Shown here: in pieces, positions 57,001-64,000 of the stretch
Position numbering within the stretch: position 1 is the first letter of the stretch
How the letters are laid out: every line of letters starts with the position of its first letter
Assembly: GCA_964016885.1 (NCBI GenBank)
Contig: OZ024742.1
Coordinates: forward strand, 185,938,001 to 186,002,000
DNA from: Eledone cirrhosa
Lineage: Eukaryota
Direction: 5' to 3'
DNA length: 64,000 bases
The notes under the pieces: generated by a model
The model's database searches: none
Told to the model about the DNA's origin: nothing
What the model saw: only the letters and a program-made list of their open reading frames with translations
Program-made: the position numbers and the translations under genes

Positions 57001-58620
57001 TTGTTATTGTTGATGTTGCTGTTGTTGTTGCTGTTGTGGCTATTGTTATTGTTGTTATTGCTGTTGTTATTGTTGTTATTGCTGTTTTTATTGTTGTTAT
57101 TGCTGTTGTTATTGCTGATGTTGCTGTTGTTATTGCTGATGTTGCTGTTGTTATTGTTGTTGCTGTTGTTAGTTGTTGTTATTGCTGTTGTTATTGTTGA
57201 TATTGCTGTTGTTATTGTTGATGTTGCTGTTGTTGTTGCTGTTGTCGCTGTTGTTATTGTTGATGTTGCCCGTTGTTATTGTTGATGTTGCTGTTGTTAT
57301 TGTTGTTATTGCTGTTGTTATTGTTGATGTTGCTGTTGTTATTGTTGTTGTTGCTGTTGTCATTGCTGATGTTGTTATTGTTGATGTTGCAGTTGTTATT
57401 GTTGTTGTTGCTGATGTTATTGCTGATGTTGTTATTGTTGATGTTGCTGTTGTTATTGTTGCTGTTGTTATTGTTGATGTTGCTGTTGTTATTGTTGATG
57501 TTGCCGTTGTTATTGTTGCTGTTGTTATTTTTGATGTTGCTGTTGTTATTGTTGATGTTGCTGTTGTTATTTTTGCTGTTATTATTGTTGATATTGCTGT
57601 TGTTATTGTTGTTGTTGCTGTTGTTATTGCTGATGTTGTTATTGTTGATGTTGATGTTGCTGTTGTTATTGTTGATGTTACTGTTGTTATTGTTGATGTT
57701 GTTATTGTTGATGTTGCTGTTGTTATTGTTGATGTTGTTATTGTTGATGTTGCTGTTGTTATTGTTGATGTTGCTGTTGTTATTGTTGATGTTGTTATTG
57801 TTGATGTTGTTGTTGTTATTGTTGTTGTTGCTGTCGTTATTGTTGATGTTGTTGTTATTGTTGTTGTTTTTATTGTTGATGTTGATGTTATTGTTGATGT
57901 TGCTGTTGTTGCTGTTGTTATTGCTGGTGTTGTTATTGTTGATGTTGCTGTTGTTGATGTTGCTGTTGTTATTGTTGTTGTTGCTGTTGTTATTGCTGGT
58001 GTTGTTATTGGTGATGTTGCTGTTGTTGATGTTGCTGTTGTTATTGTTGATGTTGCTGTTGTTATTGTTGATGTTGCTGTTGTTATTGTTGATGTTGATG
58101 TTGCTGTTGTTATTGTTGTTGTTGTTATTGTTGATGTTGATGTTGCTGTTGAAGTTGCTGTTGTTATTTTTGATGTTGCTGTTGTCGCTGTGGTTATTGT
58201 TGCTGTTGTTATTGTTGTAGTTGTTGTTGTTATTGTTGATGTTGATGTTGCTGTTGTTATTTTTGATGTTGCTGATGTTGCTGTTCTTATTCTTGTTATT
58301 GCTGTTGTTATTGTTGATGTTGCTGTTTTTATTGCTGATGTTGCTGTTGTTATTGCTGATGTGCTGTTATTATTGTCGTTGCTGTTGTTAGTTGTTGTTA
58401 TTGCTGTTGTTATTGTTGATGTTGCTGTTGTTATTGTTGATGTTGCTGTTGTTGTTGCTGTTGTCGCTGTTGTTATTGTTAATGTTGCTGTTGTTATTGT
58501 TGATGTTGCTGTTGTTATTATTTTTGTTGCTGTTGTTATTGTTGATGTTGCTGTTGTTATTGTTTAAGTTGCTGTTGTTATTGTTGATGTTGCTGTTGTT
58601 ATTGTTATTGTTGTTGTTGT
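1..58620. repeat. Giant complex (GTT)-derived satellite/minisatellite; dominant 21-bp unit GTTGTTATTGTTGATGTTGCT with 12/15/18-bp variants and kb-scale higher-order duplications; open at the left window edge
   Basis: Read directly: a continuous run of GTT/ATT/GAT/GCT triplets with only occasional substitutions and 1-bp indels. The unit has 12 T, 6 G, 2 A and 1 C. It translates as VVIVDVA / LLLLLML (+) and TATSTIT / NNSNINN (-) throughout the ORF track. Confidence 0.99.
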
Positions 58621-58621
58621 G

Positions 58622-58667
58622 ACGGGTGTGGATTGTAACGGGTGTGGATTGTAACGGGTGTGGATTG
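58622..58667 (+). repeat. Local tandem repeat, about 2.9 copies of 16-bp ACGGGTGTGGATTGTA at the SINE 5' end
   Basis: Exact copies at 58622-58637 and 58638-58653, plus a partial copy at 58654-58667 running into the A box. Confidence 0.95.
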
Positions 58668-58842
58668 GCAGTATCGGTAGAGAGTCGGACGCCATGCTTT
58701 CCAGCATAGTTACGTCCTCCCTTTACAGTCTGAGTTCAAATCCCGCCGAGGTTAACTTTGCCTTTCATCCTTACGGGGTCGATAAAATAAAGTACCAGTA
58801 ATGTACTGGGTAATTGATGGCCTTGTGCCAAAAGTAGAAACA
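58654..58842 (+). mobile_element. tRNA-derived SINE inside the satellite (Octopus-like family)
   Basis: Pol III A-box-like TGGCAGTATCGG (58666-58677) and B box GTTCAAATCC (58734-58743). These are followed by ACTTTGCCTTTCATCCTTACGGGGTCGATAAAATAAAGTACCAG, which I recall as a conserved central SINE domain, and a 3' end CCTTGTGCCAAAAGTAGAAAC. A diverged second copy lies in this window at 62787-62950 (-). The family assignment is from memory. Confidence 0.88.
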
Positions 58843-59332
58843 GTTATTGTTATTGTTGCTGTTGTTATTGTTGCTGTTGTTGTTGTTATTGTTGATGTTG
58901 CTGTTGTTATTGTTGATGTTGTTGTTGTTATTGTTGTTGTTTCTGTTGTTATTGCTGATGTTGTTATTGTTGATGTTGCTGTTGTTATTGTTGATGTTGC
59001 TGTTGTTATTGTTGATGTTGCTGTTGTTATTGTTGCTGTTGTTATTGTTGATGTTGCTGTTGTTATTGTTGCTGTTGTTATTGTTGATGTTGCTGTTGTT
59101 ATTGTTGATGTTGCTGTTGTTATTGTTGTTGTTGCTGTTGTTATTTCTGAAGTTGCTGTTGTTATTGTTGTTATTGCTGTTGTTGCAGTTGTTGCTGTTG
59201 TTATCGTTGATGTTGCTGTTGTTATTTTTGCTGTTGTTATTGTTGATGTTGCTGTTGTTATTGTTGATGTTGCTGTTGATATTGTTGCCGCTCTTTGTTA
59301 CCATTGTTTTTCTTGTTGCTGTTGTTATTGCT

Positions 59333-59334
<2 letters not shown>
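58843..59334. repeat. Distal segment of the same 21-bp complex satellite, degenerate at its right end
   Basis: The same GTTGTTATTGTTGATGTTGCT units resume right after the SINE and decay at about 59285-59334 (GCCGCTCTTTGTTACCATTG). Confidence 0.97.

Positions 59335-59382
<48 letters not shown>
59335..59382. repeat. Pure (GTT)16 microsatellite terminating the array
   Basis: 48 bp of uninterrupted GTT triplets. Confidence 0.97.
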
Positions 59383-59528
59383 ACTGTTGTTGTAATAGAT
59401 GAGTCTGATCAACTCTGTTTACTGATGTTGTTTATTTATTTGTTCAACTGATCAATAAATGCCAAATGTTGTCAGTGTGATATCCGTTTCTAAGTCCAAT
59501 TACTTTCCATTTCCTAATAGAAACATGC

Positions 59529-59754
59529 ATGTGAGCGTGTCTGTGTGTGTGTGTGTGTATGTATGTGTATCTATGTGTATGTGTATGTGTCTGTGTCTGT
59601 GTCTGTGTGTGTGTGTATATGTATGTGTCTGTATGTGTCTGTATGTGAGCGTGTCTGTGTGTGTGTGTATCTATATATGTGTGTGTGTCTGTGTTCGTGT
59701 ATGTATGTGTATCTATATATGTGTGTATCTGTGTGTATGTGTCTGTATGTGAGT

Positions 59755-59786
<32 letters not shown>

Positions 59787-60151
59787 ATCTATATGTGTGT
59801 GTATGTGTGTGTATGTGTCTGTATGTGTGTTTGTATGTGTGTTTATGCGGGGCATGTGTTTGTGTCTGTGTATGTGTTTATGCGGGGTCTGTGTGTATGT
59901 ATATATGTATGAATGTATGTATGTGTGTGGGTTTATGCGGGCTATGCGTTTATACGAGGTCTGTGTGTGTGTGTGTCTGTGTGTATGTGTGTGTGTGTGT
60001 ATGTATGTGTGTGTGTATGTGTGTGTGTGTGTCTATGTGTGTGTATCTGTGTGTGTCTGTGTTATGTGTGTATGTGTTATGTGTGTGTGTGTGTATGTGT
60101 GTGTGTATGTGTGTGTATATGTGTGTGTGTCTATGTGTGTGAATCTGTGTG

Positions 60152-60223
<72 letters not shown>

Positions 60224-60242
60224 TGTGTGTGTGTGTGTGTGT
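59529..60242. repeat. Compound (TG)n/(TATG)n/(TCTGTG)n microsatellite
   Basis: Alternating TG runs with TATG and TCTG interruptions, and a long near-pure (TG)n at about 60146-60242. This explains the CV/VC/HT ORFs. Confidence 0.96.
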
Positions 60243-60379
60243 CTTTCTGCAGAGTTATGTGATTGTGTGGTTAAAACTGTTTGTAAGAGAGAGGTTGTTT
60301 ACGACTGTGTTTATGTGAGAGTGGGGGGGGGGAGAAGCGAGGATGAGAGGAGAGATTTTTTATTATTTCTGTGTGTGTA

Positions 60380-60659
60380 ACTTCATGAGCGTGTGTGTGT
60401 GCTTGTATATCTATTTGGGGTTATGAGAGCCAGTGTGGGTGAAAATATGTGTGTGTAAGAGACAGATGTTGTTTCTGACTATGTGTGTGTGTATGTGTGT
60501 GCGCGTGTGTGAAAGAGACAGATAGGGGGAGAAAGAGAGAGAAAGGTTATGTTAAGGTCGTGTGTTGAAAGAGAGAGAGAGATGTATTGTTATTGCTGTG
60601 TGTGTGTGTGTATATATATATGTGTATATGTGTATAAGAGGGATAGAGAGAGACAGTAG

Positions 60660-60690
<31 letters not shown>

Positions 60691-60814
60691 AAAAGAGATG
60701 TTTTGTTATAGCAGTGTATGAGAGGGAGAGAGGTTGTTATGGCTGTATGTATGTGTAAGAGAGATGCTTTATTGTGTATGTGTGAGTGTCTGTACGTGTG
60801 TGTGTCTGTTTCTT

Positions 60815-60846
<32 letters not shown>

Positions 60847-60860
60847 CCTGTCTTTGTGTT
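60380..60860. repeat. Degenerate mixed microsatellite region: (TG)n, (GA)n and (GAAA)n at 60661-60692
   Basis: Short TG, AG and GAAA runs visible directly. Confidence 0.85.
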
Positions 60861-61039
60861 TCAAAATATCAATAACATATCTCCAGACACAACATTAAAT
60901 TCAATCCCAGCTGACGACTCAGCTCAAATAGATTACTGTTGTAATTGGGCAGTTAAAAGACTTATTATAATGAAACTTGCCCCGGCAAAAGAGATCACTG
61001 GTCATATCCCATTCGCTGTCATATAAAACTGGAATGGAA

Positions 61040-61355
61040 CGGATCTCCGTTGATTTTGACGATGAGTGTTCCAGTTGTTCGGTCAACAGAACAGAACAGA
61101 GGTCAGATGAACTGAGAAAGAAATTGGGTTTAAGAGGAATCTGAAGTGGTGTGTTGAAGACTGTGATAAGACTGTGTTGGTACGGACATGTGATGCGCAG
61201 GGATCAAGTAATGCCAGGAAATCCTAGTGGAAGGAGCCTGGTCATGAAATTAACGTGTAAGTGACAGAACATTCCATAGACATGTGTACCCTTGTCGTAA
61301 GTTTCTGTGAGATCCAGCATGATGCAGTATATCAAGGCTGAATTACAGGTACAGT
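61040..61355. mobile_element. Diverged interspersed repeat (probable SINE body), split by a LINE fragment
   Basis: GATGAGTGTTCCAGTTGTTCGGTCAACAGAACAG ... AGCCTGGTCATGAAATTAACGTGTAAGTG ... ACATGTGTACCCTT resembles an Octopus repeat I recall. It abuts the minus-strand tRNA head at 61360-61516. Not verified by search. Confidence 0.5.
61100..61234 (+). mobile_element. Decayed RTE-clade LINE ORF fragment (region C-terminal to the RT domain)
   Basis: Manual translation from 61100 gives RSDELRKKLGLRGI*SGVLKTVIRLCWYGHVMRRDQ. RLCWYGHVMRR (61169-61201) matches the RLRWxGHVxR motif typical of RTE-like non-LTR retrotransposons, with an upstream 'ELR..LG' motif. There is an in-frame TGA at 61142-61144. 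Confidence 0.75.
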
Positions 61356-61359
61356 CCAT

Positions 61360-61516
61360 CCGACGGGCTTTCATGCAATTTCCATGTACCCGGTTTCACT
61401 CACAAGGTATGGGTAGATGGGAGACCATAGTAAATGATACTTGCTCATGATGCTATGCAGTGGGATCGAACATAAGATCTAATGATTGGGAAACGAACTT
61501 CTCAAACATTCGACCA
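61360..61516 (-). mobile_element. tRNA-derived SINE 5' head (diverged)
   Basis: On the minus strand: A-box-like TGGTCGAATG (61516-61507) and B box GTTCGATCCC (61471-61462). Next comes a segment (plus strand ACTTGCTCATGATGCTATGCAGTGG) resembling the CORE-type ACTTGCCCAAGG...GCAGTGG block, recalled from memory. Confidence 0.7.
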
Positions 61517-61619
61517 ACAAAAACAGCTGAAATAGTGGAATACGTTTTATGTCGTGAGAAGAAAAGGTGTCTAACGTGTCAAGCAGAATCGTTCGTTGGG
61601 TAGAGACAGGAATTTAACC

Positions 61620-61800
61620 CTTTACTCTTGAACTGGTTTCAGTCAGTAGAATGCGGACATACTGGAGCGCTGCCTTAATTAAGTCGATCATATAGACAGC
61701 AGAACTTGTTTTTTTGTTGTTTTTTTTCACGTCAGGTACTTATTCCTATCGATCTCCTTTTGTCGAACATCTATGTTACGAGACATAAACACAAACACAG
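61620..61800 (-). mobile_element. Probable SINE 3' portion (Octopus-like), adjoining (CA)n(AT)n
   Basis: GTTTCAGTCAGTAGAATGCGGACATACTGGAGCGCTGCCTT ... GGTACTTATTCCTATCGATCTCCTTTTGTCGAAC resembles a recalled Octopus SINE. Its GGTACTTATT..TATCGA motif is close to the reverse complement of TCGATAAAATAAAGTACC in the SINE at 58654-58842. Confidence 0.6.
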
Positions 61801-61830
61801 ACACAAACGTAAACAGTCTCACACGCACAA

Positions 61831-61831
<1 letters not shown>

Positions 61832-61876
<45 letters not shown>

Positions 61877-61888
61877 GAGTATACATAC

Positions 61889-61930
<42 letters not shown>
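61832..61930. repeat. (CA)n followed by (AT)n microsatellites
   Basis: Pure CA run at about 61832-61873 and AT run at about 61894-61930. Confidence 0.96.
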
Positions 61931-61935
<5 letters not shown>

Positions 61936-62111
61936 TAAGAAAATTAACTAAGAATGAACAAGACAACGAACGGAAACAAAACAAAACGAAAAACAATTTT
62001 TTTAAGGGGAAACCTTAAAAAAGCGTTGAGTGGATTGAAATTCTCAGAAAATGTAGAAAATCTCTAACGCAGAAAATAATTGTAAACACAGTCAATTGCT
62101 ATAAATAATAG

Positions 62112-62310
62112 CTTAGAAAATCGAGTAAAATACCCCTACAGACGGAAAAAGTGGCCAGCAGCCACTGCAGAGAATCTAACTTTGTACCTCTCAAATTCCG
62201 GCAAAATGCTGTGTCCCATGGAGCTAAACGACCCCAATGCTTTGATCCTCTGTAACCGCTGCTGGCCACTTTATTTCCGTTTGTAGTGGTATTCTGTCCG
62301 ATTTTCTAAG
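62112..62310. repeat. Inverted repeat with arms 62112-62176 and 62244-62310 and a 67-bp spacer (MITE/foldback-like)
   Basis: Manual alignment of the left arm against the reverse complement of the right arm gives 54/67 identities. It includes exact CTTAGAAAATCG and AAGTGGCCAGCAGC blocks. Confidence 0.88.
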
Positions 62311-62786
62311 GTAATGGTTTAAAAGGGGAGGCAAGGATTTAGACAACTAGTGAAGGATTTAGACGGGGAGTGAATGGTTTAGTCAGAGAGGGAAGAACAG
62401 TCAGTGTCCATGGTCTCCAGAACTGGTGCGAAGAAAGGTGGAACCTCTTCTGAAATCGAAGGCTTGACCCGAATACTTGCAACAGAGTAGACTCCGCAAA
62501 ATGTGCCCAACGGTCAGGTGTTGGTGTTAAGTCTAACACATAGACTAATGCGTCATATCCCATCTCTGACACTGAACTGAATCCATTTCCAGGACACTTA
62601 ATTTTATTGGGTGGATAAATGGATGGGTTTGGTGTCGAAGGGGTTTCGTAATGACATAGAGCGTGTCTTAAGATTTTTTTAACCTTGCGGAGTCCATCCC
62701 TTTCCAGATCTAAACACAGCCGATTTCTTCCAGAAGAGAGAGAGAGTGTTTGATAGAACGGAAGCTAGAAAGAAATATAGAGAAAT

Positions 62787-62950
62787 AATCAACCCCAGTG
62801 CTGGACTGATACTTTTTTATCGACCTTGAAAGGATAAAAAACAAAGTTGGCTTCGGCGAGTTTTGAACTCAAAGCGCAGAGAGCCTAAACGAATGCCACA
62901 AAGTATTCTATCCAATATTAGTATCTTAACAACGTTGCCAATTCTCCGCC
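62787..62950 (-). mobile_element. tRNA-derived SINE, same family as 58654-58842, more diverged
   Basis: The minus strand reads GGCGGAGAATTGGCAACG (head/A box), GAGTTCAAAACTCGCCGAAG (B box near 62870-62860), then CCAACTTTGTTTTTTATCCTTTCAAGGTCGATAAAAAAGTATCAG. This is collinear with the copy inside the satellite. Confidence 0.85.
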
Positions 62951-63513
62951 TGGTACAATGTATACAATGTATCTTATGTAAATGAAAAGTCCATTAATGT
63001 GCATATAATTGACGAAGGGATTCGTGATATATTTAAATCATAGATTCACATCACGGTTATTTTCAATCTAACATCACGTTCATAGTTCTGAACTTCCCCC
63101 TCAAAAAATCATAACATCGTCATCGTCTTACATACAAATTACTAAAAAAAACATAACGCTTATGTATCAAAATAGCTTTTATTTGTCTGTCTTTCCATTA
63201 GTTATTTCTCTCTGACTTGCATATCTTCCGCAACCAAGATAGATTAAATGCATCTTACATATAAAAAAAAAAAAAAAGCAGGAAGCATTACAGTCGAAGA
63301 ATAATGACTTAAAACTGTCGACATTCATTTATAAATTGAATACAAGCTTTCGATTTAATTAAAAACATCTCGTTAAAATTAAAATAAAATGCAAATTGAA
63401 ATGTATCCTATTCAGAAAATAGAATAATATTTTTTGACATCTAAAAATTGAAATCAATTTGATCATTTTAATGTTAATCTATAAACAGCAAGTGGAATAA
63501 AACGTTGTATGTT

Positions 63514-63882
63514 GTTGATTTGTATTAGATGTAGTGTCTTTAAGAAATGTTGATTTGTATTAGGTGCATATATTATGGGCTCATTTGGAGTCGTAGTGAA
63601 AAACAGCGTACCATGGGTATTTTAAACCTCTAGGTCTGAATACAGTCATTTATTTCGAGAGGAGTAATAGAGAGGAAATGAAAAACAGATATAGAAAAAA
63701 GATTTACCCCAAAACTGGACTATTACATATAGTATCTTTAAGAAAGGTTGGTTTATATTAGATACAATGTCTTTAAGAAATGTTGGTTTCTATTAGATAT
63801 AGTGTCTTTAAGAAAGGTTACTTTATTTTAGATATAATGGCTTTAAGAAAAGTTGATTTGTATTGGATATAATGTCTTTAAG
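63514..63882. repeat. 35-bp AT-rich minisatellite (GTTGATTTGTATTAGATATAGTGTCTTTAAGAAAN): about 1.4 copies at 63514-63563 plus about 5 copies at 63716-63882
   Basis: CTTTAAG recurs at 63736, 63771, 63806, 63841 and 63876 (exact 35-bp period) and also at 63538. Confidence 0.92.
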
Positions 63883-64000
63883 GGAATTACGATTGTCACT
63901 TATTCTCACACTTCTGAATAAGAAAAGAAAGAAAGATAGCACAAAGTGCAGATCGCAAAACAGTGTAGATAGACCAGTATAGATAGCACGACAGTGTAAA

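Noticed and set aside
1-58620. Telomeric or telomerase-type G/T-rich repeat
   Set aside because: There is no TTAGGG or GG-run unit and no G-quadruplex potential. The variable word grammar and kb duplications fit recombination and slippage, not template addition.
58666-58748. Possible tRNA gene (A and B boxes)
   Set aside because: No convincing cloverleaf, and it continues into a SINE body with a second diverged copy at 62787-62950.
3-59451. Very long plus-strand poly-Leu/Met and poly-Val (VVIVDVA) ORFs of up to 2893 aa
   Set aside because: These are compositional artefacts. GTT/ATT/GAT/GCT triplets are two or more changes from a stop, the ORFs switch between L-type and V-type text at indels, and no domains are present.
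59459-60380. Cys/Val-rich and His/Thr-rich ORFs
   Set aside because: They are translations of (TG)n/(CA)n microsatellite.
60718-62018. Short ORFs 60718-61026, 61706-61951, 61727-61996 and 61773-62018
   Set aside because: They are largely microsatellite- or SINE-derived with no recognisable protein features.
63716-63882. CRISPR-like 35-bp repeats
   Set aside because: The units are head-to-tail with no unique spacers, there are no cas genes, and the context is eukaryotic.

Overview
This is a eukaryotic, repeat-dominated window with no supportable protein-coding gene. About 93% (1-59395) is one giant complex satellite built from NNT triplets (GTT/ATT/GAT/GCT), with a dominant 21-bp unit GTTGTTATTGTTGATGTTGCT. 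It shows 12/15/18-bp variants, 60-180-bp modules and 1-6-kb near-identical block duplications that can be traced by shared 1-bp indels. The poly-L/V/T/N ORFs in the track follow from this composition. A tRNA-derived SINE interrupts the array near its right end (58622-58842), and the array ends in a pure (GTT)16. The last 4.6 kb holds (TG)n/(GAAA)n/(CA)n/(AT)n microsatellites, three more SINE-like pieces, a decayed RTE-type LINE fragment, a 65/67-bp inverted repeat, an unexplained 141-codon stop-free frame containing FWRPW, and an interrupted 35-bp minisatellite. The SINEs resemble Octopus/cephalopod families, from memory and not verified by search. I see no convincing novel gene system; the most interesting signal is the internal architecture and history of the satellite.
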